Below are positions 1-13,827 of a stretch of 64,000 nucleotides of DNA, in pieces. Origin of the DNA: Haliotis rubra. Taxonomy: Eukaryota. Position 1 is the first letter of the stretch, and each line of letters begins with the position of its first letter. Under the pieces are notes generated by a model. That model saw only the letters and a list, made by a program, of their open reading frames with translations. It made no database searches and had not been told where the DNA came from. The position numbers and the translations under genes were made by a program. The stretch is from the NCBI RefSeq assembly GCF_003918875.1, contig NW_025767575.1:248001-312000 (forward strand), given 5' to 3'.

Positions 1-185
1 GTGTTTTTGTAAGGGCATTTCACGTCTTGTCTCTTCACCAGGTCCCTGAAGGTGGGGACATACCTGCCCCTGGGGCAAACCTGTATCTGGGGCAAACATT
101 TGCTCTTTTAACGAAGATTTTAGAAAGCCTAATAAACTCAAATATTTGGTTTTAACGCTCTAGCCTGAATCTGTATCGGCGAAAG

Positions 186-560
186 TCGAATCTGGTTGTT
201 TCCTTGCGTGAACGTGAGGGTTGTTGACTGGGCTGATGGCACCTTATAGAACCTAGACGTCGTGGGACAGTGTTAGTCTGTCACTGGATTGTGTGAGTAT
301 ATTATGTCTGTACCAAGGTTCATACAGCTGACATATTGCTGAGTGTCATGCTACACAACATACAAGTAAACGCTGTGCTCGGAGCCGCCGACAATATATT
401 TTGCATCATCAAGCATTAACATTCAACTATGACATGGGGACTGGTGAAGCCCGCCACGTAAAACCAGAGATAAACTAACGACTAGTCTGACAATACCCCT
501 GGAACCCCTCAACGAATGCAACAGCAGTGCTAGCTACTGGAAGGTTTACAGTACAGCATC
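186..560 (+). repeat. Direct repeat copy 1 (~375 bp) flanking the LINE
   Basis: Starts TCGAATCTGGTTGTTTCC; near-identical to 5116-5504. Confidence 0.95.
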
Positions 561-696
561 TATCAATCTTTATTTTCTTTGTAGTGGAGGCCATAGGCCC
601 AGGCTACACTTCAGGATTTCAGAGCGGTACATATGTGCATATATAGTTCAGAAGACAATAAGTTAATTTACAGAGTATACAAAAGGAAATATGATA

Positions 697-3600
697 TTAT
701 TGGCATAGAAGTGAATCTTTAAGTTTCATTGCATTGTGTATATAAATAGCTAGGTTTTTTACAATATATGGATTGCCAGTTGACATGAGCATATTAAACT
801 TATGAATAGTGGGATTCGAATAAAAGTTATGTGGTAAATACAAACATCTCAGATTTTGATAACATTTACATACCAAAATAAAATGAAATTCATTTTCAAT
901 AAAGTTATCTTTACATACAAAACATAATCTATTTGATCTGGGTTGATTAATATATCGACCGGTTTCAATTTGGAGGCGGTGTGAAGAAAATCTGAATTTA
1001 GCAAGGGCCGATCGGAATTTTGAAATTGATAAATCTTTTATGTAAAATTCAACATTAAATGAGATTTTAAAACAAGAATAAAGTGAAAAGTTAGGACTAT
1101 TTACAAGCGATGTGTGCCATTCTTGTTCATAACTTGCTCTTAATCTAAAAACAAATTCTGATATGAATTTATCGACGTTACATAAATTTTGCTGCTGTTC
1201 CCACATAAAGCCAAATCCAAAAGAGTAAAGAATATTCTTAATTTTTGATGCCCAGTTTGTTTTACCATTTACAGAGTCTAAAACTAACATGTTATAACAT
1301 TTCTTTACAAATCTGGAATCGGGTATTTTGCATATTTTACACCAATATTTAACAACTTTTTTATATATACATATATACATTGGATAACGGCCACATTCTC
1401 CCCTAACTACATGGTTCGAAGTCGACCGTTTGACATTTAAAAACGTTTACAACAAAACATATGTACAACTTCGACTTCTTTAAAGTTATCAACTCCCCAT
1501 ATTTCAGCTCCATATAAAAGAATCGGACTAATTTTTGTATCAAATATCTTAAAAAATACATCATAAGGAAGTGGATTAAACGTATAAAGAGATTTTAGAA
1601 TGCCATATGCAATTTTCTTAGCTTGCAAAGCAGCGTTATTCACATGGGGAGACCAAGATAGAGAACGTGCAAATAAAATACCCAAACATTTGTAAGATGA
1701 AACAGTTTCCAAAAGAATTCCATCGAAATGCCATTTTTCATATTTTGATAATTTACAACCATTTTTAAATATAACAATCTTGTGTTTTTCCAAGTTAACA
1801 GTTAATTGATGACTTTTACAGAAACTTTCTAAAATATTTATACGTTTTTGTAAACCAAATACAGAGTCTGCAAAAAGTACAATATCATCAGCAAAAAGTA
1901 GTAGGAACATTTGTACAACATCAGGGTGGAGCTGTACACCTGGGTAACATGTGGATTCAATTTCTAGAGCTAATCCATTGATAAAGAATGAGAACAATAG
2001 CGGGCTTAAAACACACCCTTGTCGCAAACCCTGTAGGCAATCAAACAACTGAGAGAGAGAAATATCACGCACCTGTCCCTTAACACACTTATAGATAGAA
2101 GTTAAGGCTTTAAGCATCTTAGGTGAAACGCCTCTATATTTGAGAATGGCCCATAGTTTATCCCTGTTACCAAAATCAAAAGCCTTTTTGAAATCAACAT
2201 ATATAGCATAGAACTTCCCCTTTTTCTTACATAGATAAAGTTGGATAACAGATTGTAGAATAAAAATATTATCAATTGTACAATAACCTTCCCTAAACCC
2301 TGCTTGTGATTCCACAGTATAGGTGAATCTAATATAGTACATTTTATGTCATCAACGTCATAATCAAAATCACATTCACTAATTTGGGGCTCGGCATGAT
2401 CAGACACAGTGCTTTAGTCTTCATACAAGTTCTTAAAATAGGAAAACCATACATCAATATCAACATTGCTCATTTTCGCTCTGGGGGCTGTATATGTTTT
2501 AAGCGTATTCCAGAATATTTTTGCATTATAGATATTCTGTAGTAATTTGTCCTTTATTGACATATTGTAGAGTCTTTTCTTGTTTCGTAAAGCATCATTG
2601 TACTTGTTTCTGCAATCGACATATGATTGTCGGGATATGTCAGATTTAACCCTTCTAAATATTATTAACAATCTTTGCGTTTCTAATCTAAGGAAATTAC
2701 ATTCGTAATCAAACCATGGCTGGTTAGATTTAGTATAGTTGTTGCAGCGTTTCTTTGTAAAGTCAGCAGCCTTGATTAAGGCATTAGTAAACGATTGAAC
2801 TGATTGATTTACATCATAGATAGCTTGGCAAGCACAATCGTCTAGAGTCTTTGTTACATCAGGTGAAAGCAGATTAGCACGGAATTCGTTTACACAGTCA
2901 TCAGTCCACTTGAACCTGAAGTTCTGTCCAGAGTGTGAATCGCGTGCACGTGCTTCCTTGTGGTTGTCAATGTCACCACGTGACTGAAATGCACAAGTGA
3001 TTGGCAGATGTGGAGACTCTGGCCTACATCCGATATCGAATCCGCTGCACAACGTAAACAAGTCACTCGATCCGATAACATAGTCTATCACACTTGTTCC
3101 GTTTGATGAGATATGCGTGGAGTCACCAATTAATTTATCATTTCCAGTTCTGCCGTTAAAAATTGAGATATTCAAACTTGCGCATAATTCAAATAATTTT
3201 TTACCATAGTTTGAAACAAAATTGTCACATGAGTACCGTCTATGTTGAATATTATCGTGTAAGAATTCGCAATAGTCCATCTTTAGAGTAGATATTATAT
3301 CGTCCTCTACATAGTCTAGGTTAGTGCCGGTTCTTGCGTTGAAGTCACCACCAATCAGAAGTGAGATGTTACTCAACTCTTGTAGAACATCAGTTAGTGA
3401 GTCTTGTAGCAAGGATATACCACAATGTACGTTATTATGAGCGTACCATGTAGATGTCTCAGGGTGAATATATACACAACCTAATAACACATCTTTTTCT
3501 GAATTAAAAAACACTTTGTCGAACAACAGGGATACACAATTTGGAGTAATCTTAGACATTCCCCCTGATGATCTGCCATGGGCAGAGATTCGAACTGCAT

Positions 3601-3765
3601 CTAGATTGTAGCACATGAACTCATCCGAGAACATATCATGGTCTTCTTGTGTATTCCACGTCTCACACATGCCAATTACATCGAATGTTTCAGCAGAGCT
3701 CACAAAGTCAGCATCCGATGATTTAGAAGTGAGTCCGTTGACATTCCAAACTAAAAATGAGTGAT
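697..3765 (-). pseudogene. LINE ORF2 (AP endonuclease, reverse transcriptase, C-terminal zinc-knuckle-like region), broken by stops/frameshifts
   Basis: APE motifs WNVNG, CETW, GGDFNARTG, SVIDY (2414-3765); RT motifs QAGFR, YVDFKKAFD, GLRQGCVLSPLLF, LFADD (1437-2342); C-terminal LQIETGRY...CFVC...ENEFHFILVC (697-1380). Confidence 0.9.
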
Positions 3766-3962
3766 TATTGATGGTATGGACACTAACATCTGGGCCCTGG
3801 CCACACCCCTATCTCCTCCTCTCCCGCTTGTCCCTAGAGCGTAGATTGGGTCCAGGCTTCTTGTTGCTTGATGTAAGGGGCTCTGGGTCGGGCCTAGTAG
3901 CAGACGACGCATCTGGCTGAGTGGGGGTGGTATCTGTATTCTGCCTCTCGGTCACAAACAGT

Positions 3963-4975
3963 TTACCATTTTTTGAAATAGCCAAGTTTGTTCTCAGCTT
4001 TCAAATCGTTGAGCTTCCGTCGTTGATTTTTCGTGAGGTCTGAGGAAATTCCGTATCTGTCCTCTTTAAGTCTGTCTATCAGTTTCAAGGCCCACACTTT
4101 ATCCTCTGGGTAGAGAAATTTGACTATCATGGGTCTTGGCTGGCCTGGCTTCCCCTTTAACCTGTGTGCGGCAACGATACAGTCGCTAGTGATATCATTA
4201 TCACCGTCTGTGTTATGTCCATTCAAAGTGTCACATACATATTTCTTACACACAGAGACTGTCTCTCGTGCTTTTCAGGTCGACCATACAGAATGACGTT
4301 GCAGCGTCTACTGTATTGTTCTTGTTTCTCCAGCATATCCTCTATACTGTCTAGTTTATCAGTAACCATGGTTATATTGTCGTTGCTTGGAGACATCTCT
4401 AGGCGATCTAACCTATCTGCAACTTCGTCAACATCAGCACGTAGAATTTCCTGTCTGCATCTTAGATCTGCCAGCTCAGAGCTTATGTTATCTAGCGTGT
4501 TACTCATCTTCCCCATATCTACCTTCAGGTCTCTGATTTCCGAGGTGATATCCTGTTTCATCGTTTTAAATGCTGATAGTATTTCTTCACGAAATGAAAC
4601 AACATTATCAACAGGTCCTGGGTTAAGTTCGATGTCACCAGATAGTATGAGAAGAGCACTTCGGTATATCAGAGTAAGGGTAGTGTTTACCTTTTCGTCG
4701 TCAGATGCGAGATGTGAAATCCTCCATGAACATCCAATGTGAAAATTAATCTCAATATCCCGATAGAGCTGTGTGAGTGTACAGCCTACCATGACAATAC
4801 AGAAGATCACAAACGTCACACTAACAATCCGGTAGCTTGTGTCCATCCCGGGTGACCATCGGCTGGTCAGTGTGTAGTGGTCACTGTCATGGCTGTCACT
4901 TCGGCGGGAACTGAGCTTGGGTCGGTGATAAAAAGTCCCAATTCTAGATCTCCAGAGTTCGATCGAGATACCCAT
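3963..4975 (-). pseudogene. LINE ORF1 (coiled coil + L1-ORF1-type RRM) with N-terminal 2A-like peptide; frameshift near 4250
   Basis: Heptad-rich region, EQYSRRCNVILYGRPE and AHRL...PRPMIVKF motifs; LLILSGDIELNPGP. Confidence 0.8.
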
Positions 4976-5115
4976 ATTCTCAGATTCAGTCGTTTATTAA
5001 ATTTCGTTGCAGAAACAGATATATATTCCGGGTCGAACGTACTTATTGGTGAATTATAAACATGGAATGCTGGGACCGATGTTTCGCACAACCGCTCTCT
5101 CAGGGCACAAGTAAC

Positions 5116-5504
5116 TCGAATCTGGTTGTTTCCTTGCGTGAACGTGAGGGTTGTTGACTGGGCTGATGGCGCCTTATAGAACCTAGACGTCGTGGGACAG
5201 TGTTAGTCTGTCACTGGATTGTGTGAGTGGATTATGTCTGTACCAAGGTTCATACAGCTGACATATTGCTGAGTGTCATGCTACACAACATACAAGTAAA
5301 CGCTGTGCTCGGAGCCGCCGACGATATATTTTGCATCATCAAGCATTAACATTCAACTATGACATGGGGACTGGTGAAGCCCTACACGTAAAACCAGAGA
5401 TAAACTAACGACTAGTCTGACAATACCCCTGGAACCGTGCCCCCTCAACGAATGCAACAGCAGTGCTAGCTACTGGAAGGTTTACAGTAGAAAAGTACAG
5501 CATC
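5116..5504 (+). repeat. Direct repeat copy 2 flanking the LINE
   Basis: Matches 186-560 with a few substitutions and two small indels. Confidence 0.95.
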
Positions 5505-6380
5505 AAAAACACACTCGTATATGATAACCTAAACTACAGCAGACATGTAACATTACGCAGCAGTCATGTAAGGGTATAAATGTACCTCCTAAGACAGATA
5601 TTACCAATCACGTATTGTAATGGCTCTGATCCTTAACATGAGTACATATCGTCGCAGTGTCTTCAGTTGAAGCCTGAGCTTCAGAATACTTAACTTTTTG
5701 AAGTTATGAAGTTATAGTTTCCAGCATAATACTATTAACATCCAACACTTTGGTGACATCTAAAATATAATTACGAGTAAGTTGTTTTGGAAAGAGTTTT
5801 CCAAAGCATTACGATGATCTGGACTGGATGAACACCATCAGGACTGTTCCGGTCATAGCAACCACTCACGCAATGGTTGATCGTGGACCCTGCGATAAAA
5901 TCGACACCAGGAAAAACTGGATACATCAACTTGAGCAGAACTAACAGGACAGCGGATGATCATTTAACTCAGTAACTATTCCATAGACAGATAATATGTA
6001 GCATACATGAACAATGTTCTTCACGCCTTGTTTTCCATGCAAACGTGTCTGGTGAGTCTGTTTGGGTAGAACGAAGTCAAGGACAGTCCGTGCATGAGCG
6101 ATTGGGCTCGGGTGATCTCAGTTTGGGTCATCTGCCTCGTTCGGGTGATCTAAGTTTGGGTCATCTGCCTCAGACATCTTTCTTTGGGTAGTTGGTGGTC
6201 AGACAGCAGAACGTTCCTGTTAAAAGGATTGAGAGCTTTCACACATATCTTGCATTCGTTTGCAATTACACCATCGTTCGGACGCAAAACGTAGAAGCAG
6301 CAGGCAAAGTGATAATTATAGCAAACACAATATTCCAACTCATATCCACCTACAAACAGGTGAAGATTCTAAAGATCAAA

Positions 6381-9300
6381 AGAGCCTAGCACCCAAAGGC
6401 AACTAGCCAGACTGTCCAATTTACCCCCATTTGGTTCAACACTGTAAGGACCATTCCAGGCATGACCAACACCGTCATGAGGAGTTCAGTCTGCTCCACC
6501 TCGTTGGCTGCACCACACTTTGACATGGTGTGGGTATTGCAGGCCCGAAGAAAGAGGCAGAAAGTACCGTTTCTGACGGTAGTGGAGCAGGCATGGGTGA
6601 TCCAGACAGAGTAACCCAAAGGCAGAAAACTAGACAATCTGGATGGCCCCTTTAGGTACAACTTACTCACGATCATTCCATACATGGCCAATACCATTTG
6701 GATCCTCTCGCTTTGGGGACATCCGCCTCAAATATCTGTCTCTTGGTACTTGGCGTTCGTGCATCAGAAAGTACCTGTTATAAACGGATTGAGAATCTAA
6801 CTTACACAACTGCAATGTCCCTCACACATATCTTGCTTTCGTTTTCAATTACACTATCGCAAGTTAAAGTGAGGTACCATTTTACGTCGAATCGGCATTA
6901 CTTCAACCTTAAAGCAAGTGTAGAGAGAACTGATAGTGTGAAAAGAATGCAAATAAACTGATGCAATTCATATCCACTTGCCATCAGGTGAAGATCCTAA
7001 GAATCTAGTCTTGTAGGTTTCTTCCTTTGAGACAGTACTGAACCAGAGGGCAGTGGACCAGGCATGGGTGATCAAGAGAGCCTAGCACCCAAAGGCAACT
7101 AGCCAGACTGTCCAATTTACCCCCATTTGGTTCAACACTGTAAGGACCATTCCAGGCATGACCAACACCGTCATGAGGAGTTCAGTCTGCCCCACCTCGT
7201 TGGCTGCACCACACTTTGACATGGTGTGGGTATTGCAGGCCCGAAGAAAGAGGCAGAAAGTACCGTTTCTGACGGTAGTGGAGCAGGCATGGGTGATCCA
7301 GACAGAGTAACCCAAAGGCAGAAAACTAGACAATCTGGATGGCCCCTTTAGGTACAACTTACTCACGATCATTCCATACATGGCCAATACCATTTGGATC
7401 CTCTCGCTTTGGGGACATCCGCCTCAAGTATCTGTCTCTTGGTACTTGGCGTTCGTGCATCAGAAAGTACCTGTTATAAACGGATTGAGAATCTAACTTA
7501 CACAACTGCAATGTCCCTCACACATATCTTGCTTTCGTTTTCAATTACACTATCGCAAGTTAAAGTGAGGTACCATTTTACGTCGAATCGGCATTACTTC
7601 AACCTTAAAGCAAGTGTAGAGAGAACTGATAGTGTGAAAAGAATGCAAATAAACTGATGCAATTCATATCCACTTACCATCAGGTGAAGATCCTAAGAAT
7701 CTAGTCTTGTAGGTTTCTTCCTTGAGACAGTACTGAACCAGAGGGCAGTGGACCAGGCATGGGTGATCAAGAGAGCCTAGCACCCAAAGGCAACTAGCCA
7801 GACTGTCCAATTTACCCCCATTTGGTTCAACACTGTAAGGACCATTCCAGGCATGACCAACACCGTCATGAGGGAGTTCAGTCTGCTCCACCTCGTTGGC
7901 TGCACCACACTTTGACATGGTGTGGGTATTGCAGGCCCGAAGAAAGAGGCAGAAAGTACCGTTTCTGACGGTAGTGGAGCAGGCATGGGTGATCCAGACA
8001 GAGTAACCCAAAGGCAGAAAACTAGACAATCTGGATGGCCCCTTTAGGGTACAACTTACTCACGATCATTCCATACATGGCCAATACCATTTGGATCCTC
8101 TCGCTTTGGGGACATCCGCCTCAAATATCTGTCTCTTGGTACTTGGCGTTCGTGCATCAGAAAGTACCTGTTATAAACGGATTGAGAATCTAACTTACAC
8201 AACTGTAATGTCCCTCACACATATCTTGCTTTCGTTTTCAATTACACTATCGCAAGTTAAAGTGAGGTACCATTTTACGTCGAATCGGCATTACTTCAAC
8301 CTTAAAGCAAGTGTAGAGAGAACTGATAGTGTGAAAAGAATGCAAATAAACTGATGCAATTCATATCCACTTACCATCAGGTGAAGATCCTAAGAATCTA
8401 GTCTTGTAGGTTTCTTCCTTGAGACAGTACTGAACCAGAGGGCAGTGGACCAGGCATGGGTGATCAAGAGAGCCTAGCACCCAAAAGTAACTAGCCAGAC
8501 TGTCAATTTACCCCCATTTGGTTCAACACTGTAAGGACCATTCCAGGCATGACCATCACCGTCATGAGCAGTTCAGTCTGCCCCACCTGTTGGCTGCACC
8601 ACACTTTGACATGGTGTGGGTATTGCAGGCCCGAAGAAGAGGCAGAAAGTACCGTTTCTGACGGTAGTGGAGCAGGCATGGGTGATCCAGACAGAGTAAC
8701 CCAAAGGCAGAAAACTAGACAATCTGGATGGGTCCTTTAGGTACAACTTACTCACGATCATTCCATACATGGCCAATACCATTTGGATCCTCTCGCTTTG
8801 GGGACATCCGCCTCAAGTATCTGTCTCTTGGTACTTGGCGTTCGTGCATCAGAAAGTACCTGTTATAAACGGATTGAGAATCTAACTTACACAACTGCAA
8901 TGTCCTCACACATATCTTGCTTTCGTTTTCAACTACACTATCGCAAGTTAAAGTGAGGTACCATTTTACGTCGAATCGGCATTATTTCAACCTTAAAGCA
9001 AGTGTAGAGAGAACTGATAGTGTGAAAAGAATGCAAATAAACTGATGCAATTCATATCCACTTACCATCAGGTGAAGATCCTAAGAATCTAGTCTTGTAG
9101 GTTTCTTCCTTGAGACAGTACTGAACCAGAGGGCAGTGGACCAGGCATGTGTGATCAAGAGAGCCTAGCACCCAAAGGCAACTAGCCAGACTGTCCAATT
9201 TACCCCCATTTGGTTCAACACTGTAAGGACCATTCCAGGCATGACCAACACCGTCATGAGCAGTTCAGTCTGCCCCACCTCGTTGGCTGCACCACACTTT

Positions 9301-11224
9301 GACATGGTGTGGGTATTGCAGGCCCGAAGAAAGAGGCAGAAAGTACCGTTTCTGACGGTAGTGGAGCAGGCATGGGTGATCCAGACAGAGTAACCCAAAG
9401 GCAGAAAACTAGACAATCTGGATGGCCCCTTTAGGTACAACTTACTCACGATCATTCCATACATGGCCAATACCATTTGGATCCTCTCGCTTTGGGGACA
9501 TCCGCCTCAAGTATCTGTCTCTTGGTACTTGGCGTTCGTGCATCAGAAAGTACCTGTTATAAACGGATTGAGAATCTAACTTACACAACTGCAATGTCCC
9601 TCACACATATCTTGCTTTCGTTTTCAATTACACTATCGCAAGTTAAAGTGAGGTACCATTTTACGTCGAATCGGCATTACTTCAACCTTAAAGCAAGTGT
9701 AGAGAGAACTGATAGTGTGAAAAGAATGCAAATAAACTGATGCAATTCATATCCACTTACCATCAGGTGAAGATCCTAAGAATCTAGTCTTGTAGGTTTC
9801 TTCCTTGAGACAGTACTGAACCAGAGGGCAGTGGACCAGGCATGGGTGATCAAGAGAGCCTAGCACCCAAAGGCAACTAGCCAGACTGTCCAATTTACCC
9901 CCATTTGGTTCAACACTGTAAGGACCATTCCAGGCATGACCAACACCGTCATGAGCAGTTCAGTCTGCCCCACCTCGTTGGCTGCACCACACTTTGACAT
10001 GGTGTGGGTATTGCAGGCCCGAAGAAAGAGGCAGAAAGTACCGTTTCTGACGGTAGTGGTGCAGGCATGGGTGATCCAGACAGAGTAACCCAAAGGCAGA
10101 CAACTAGACAATCTGGATGGCCCCTTTAGGTACAACTTACTCACGATCATTCCATACATGGCCAATACCATTTGGATCCTCTCGCTTTGGGGACATCCGC
10201 CTCAAATATCTGTCTCTTGGTACTTGGCGTTCGTGCATCAGAAAGTACCTGTTATAAACGGATTGAGAATCTAACTTACACAACTGCAATGTCCCTCACA
10301 CATATCTTGCTTTCGTTTTCAATTACACTATCGCAAGTTAAAGTGAGGTACCATTTTACGTCGAATCGGCATTACTTCAACCTTAAAGCAAGTGTAGAGA
10401 GAACTGATAGTGTGAAAAGAATGCAAATAAACTGATGCAATTCATATCCACTTACCATCAGGTGAAGATCCTAAGAATCTAGTCTTGTAGGTTTCTTCCT
10501 TGAGACAGTACTGAACCAGAGGGCAGTGGACCAGGCATGGGTGATCAAGAGAGCCTAGCACCCAAAGGCAACTAGCCAGACTGTCCAATTTACCCCCATT
10601 TGGTTCAACACTGTAAGGACCATTCCAGGCATGACCAACACCGTCATGAGCAGTTCAGTCTGCCCCACCTCGTTGGCTGCACCACACTTTGACATGGTGT
10701 GGGTATTGCAGGCCCGAAGAAAGAGGCAGAAAGTACCGTTTCTGACGGTAGTGGAGCAGGCATGGGTGATCCAGACAGAGTAACCCAAAGGCAGACAACT
10801 AGACAATCTGGATGGCCCCTTTAGGTACAACTTACTCACGATCATTCCATACATGGCCAATACCATTTGGATCCTCTCGGTTTTGGAACATCCCTCTCAA
10901 GTATCTGTCTCTTGGTACTTGGCGTTCGTGCATCAGAAAGTACCTGTTATAAACGGATTGAGAATCTAACTTACACAACTGCAATGTCCCTCACACATAT
11001 CTTGCTTTCGTTTTCAATTACACTATCGCAAGTTAAAGTGAGGTACCATTTTACGTCGAATCGGCATTACTTCAACCTTAAAGCAAGTGTAGAGAGAACT
11101 GATAGTGTGAAAAGAATGCAAATAAACTGATGCAATTCATATCCGCTTACCATCAGGTGAAGATCCTAAGAATCTAGTCTTGTAGGTTTCTTCCTTGAGA
11201 CAGTACTGAACCAGAGGGCAGTGG
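6381..11224. repeat. Tandem macrosatellite, ~695-bp unit, 7 copies
   Basis: Unit start AGAGCCTAGCACCCAAA recurs at about 6381, 7077, 7772, 8469, 9160, 9855, 10550; near-identical short ORFs repeat with the same period. Confidence 0.97.
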
Positions 11225-12705
11225 AGAGGGTTTTCTTGGGGGTGTTTCTATTTTCACTGCGGGTAATCACCTCATCAATATCAGTTGATACCTGACGGAA
11301 TCGATTCGTCGTCTGTAATGTGATCGATAGATCGATAGATCCTTGGTTGGTACCTTTCTTAGACGATTGCCTTTCAGTTGTGCCTCATAATCCGTACCTT
11401 CAATTTGAACAAAGTACTCTGTTTCATGTTTTCCAAAGACTGCAGTAGCGACTCCAGAACCTCTGTCATCAATTCTTACAGAATCACCAATTTTGAGAAA
11501 TGGGGGCAGCCATGTTTGGTTACAAACAATGTAATCTCGCGACGACGTCATCAATGAAATGTTAAAACGTTTTAGGATTCGCATGGCGTGTATGGAGTTT
11601 TGCGAAAGTAGTTCGTGGATTGACGTAATTTGCATAGTTATCAGATTTGGATACCAAGTTTATCAGATTGCTTTATTGCACCGATAACACCCTCCATTAT
11701 ATGATAACTAGCTTTATGATGATGTGTTACATGGCCATCCAGGCATTGAAGTATGGCAATTACCTGGTGATAGAAGAGTACTTATATCGCCCTCCACGCA
11801 TATTGCACTGCCCAAAGTTTATCCAGAATATTTGCCCGTTCGTCTGCCAGCGACGGACCACCGGTTACACTTGTAAAGTCAAATCGAACGTTTACTGTAC
11901 ATCTACTTCCCAGTGTAAGAGATATGGCCCCGTTTTTTCCCTTTTGCCCGGTAGTTTATAGATAATTTAAATTGTTACTGCGTCGGTCTGTAAACTCTTA
12001 CTTTTCAAGGTAAATTGTGTGCATGGCCCGTGATGTCATCACTTATATTCGGTGGTCCATTTCTACAACTTCCACTATTTCGCACTTCTCTAACTGTCTT
12101 GCAAATGAAATCTGTATGTGAAGATCGTCAGGAATATGTATTCATTTGTAGTGACGCTATATATTTATGGAATGTCAAAAACATTTATAACTGCTCGTAA
12201 ACGGCTTGAACAAGTAATACACTTACAGCATACGGTTACATGAGAGTGAGAGTGACTGGTGCTGACAATCCAGAAACACATGTGGAGCAATCGCGATTCG
12301 AACCCCCCTAATCAAGGGACGCAACTCTGCATAGCCTATTGCACCACCCACGTGACCCACAGCTGTATTCCGAAAGTACACACAACAACGGCCGTGTATC
12401 ACGACATTCGTCTGGCTGAATAATTGTCGCCATGCGGGATTTTACAGCACCTCAATCAATGTTCGCTGTTTGCGAGTTGCAGTCATGTACAATGCCATTC
12501 CAAGGAGCTGGTTTCCATTCCCAAGCTGCATGTGTGGCTGTTGTCACCTGCTCCGTGCAGATGAACTTCGATCGGATAGTATGTCTCTGTCCATTCATTC
12601 ATCATGTAGGTGAGGCCCTATGTGGTTTACCCAGGCTTTGTATACCAGGATATTTCAGTTATTATTTGTTGGATTATTATCTATTATTATATGATTGATT
12701 CCTAA

Positions 12706-12942
12706 GAGTGAGTGAGTGAGTGAGTTTAGTTTTACGCCGCACTCAACAATATTCCAGCTATATGGCGTCGGGCTCTAAATTATCGAGTCTGGACCAGACA
12801 ATCCAGTGATCAACAGCATGAGCATCGATCTACACAATTGGGATATTGCCAAGTCAGCGACCCCGACCACCCGATCCCGTTAGTGGCCTTTTACGATAAG
12901 CATGGGTTACTGAAGACCAATTCTGGCCCGGATCTTCCTGGG
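12706..12942 (-). mobile_element. SINE-like retroposon, family A, with (ACTC)n tail
   Basis: Homologous to 38124-38370 and 55707-55952; microsatellite tail; imperfect TSD. Confidence 0.85.
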
Positions 12943-13827
12943 TCTTGATCCCTGAGAAATACGAGTAGTAGCTACACTAGCGACGTAACGGCGAACTGAG
13001 ACGACACCAGCATCATCAAGTACCGGGTAGCTTCTCCCTGTGTGTATCACTACTATAGCCTCATGCCCCCAAACAGTCATATATAATCTTATGTATCATG
13101 CCTATTTATTCTATTTCCGCTATGATATATTGTTAATGCTTTTATACATTGTGTGGACACACACGCGAGCGCACGCACGAACGCTGAAACCTGCGCGACA
13201 CCTGGAAGTGTTTGTACTTGAGACCACAGTGTCTGGGTGTGGCAGGACGGCACATTCACTCCATGTTGATAAATTCAGTACAACCATTACAACCTTCTCT
13301 ACGTTTCTTTAAAAGAATGTTTCATGACATGACACACTTCCTCAACCGTTCGACTCTCAAAACAAACTCTTTCCATCAGCGGCATACAGGCGTATCATCA
13401 CTTCAATAGGCCCGCCCCGGTTCTAGTACCATCCTATGACTTCGGGACTTGTAGGGTGATTGTCTACTCGAGTACTAAGTCGGCAGTGTATGTACGTCAT
13501 AGTTTTGTTGTTTTGCTCCACTGTCTCTACACTTGTAGTGAGTGACACGAGAGGACACACAAACAGGAACTGTTCCCGACGTCAGTTTGGACTGTGTTCT
13601 GCGTCGTGTGTGTGTTTAAATAGAATCCCTTTCCACGAGCTGTTATTGAACTGCTGTCAGCCAGGATGGAGGGACATGTGAGTATTTCCTTACCTTAAAC
13701 AGATCATATGTATCTACAGCATCAGCCCATTCCCTGATACAGCTATACACTACTTGTCTGAAAGTGATGCTGACAAAGTACCTGTTCGGCCGGCGGTCGT
13801 ATATAATCACAGCAATACTGAAACAAA

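Larger units (their letters stand above)
561..5115 (-). mobile_element. Near full-length non-LTR retrotransposon (APE + RT, RTE-group/RTEX-like), frameshifted
   Basis: ORF1, endonuclease, RT and C-terminal Cys/His fragments are collinear on the minus strand; AATAAA near the 3' end at ~570; bounded by a long direct repeat (186-560 / 5116-5504). Confidence 0.9.

Noticed and set aside
186-5504. LTR retrotransposon interpretation
   Set aside because: The interior encodes APE endonuclease and LINE-type RT with no integrase or protease; the repeats lack TG...CA ends.
6386-11130. Repeated 87-aa and 103-aa ORFs as a tandem gene cluster
   Set aside because: No recognisable domain, broken by indels in some units, and overlapping on opposite strands.
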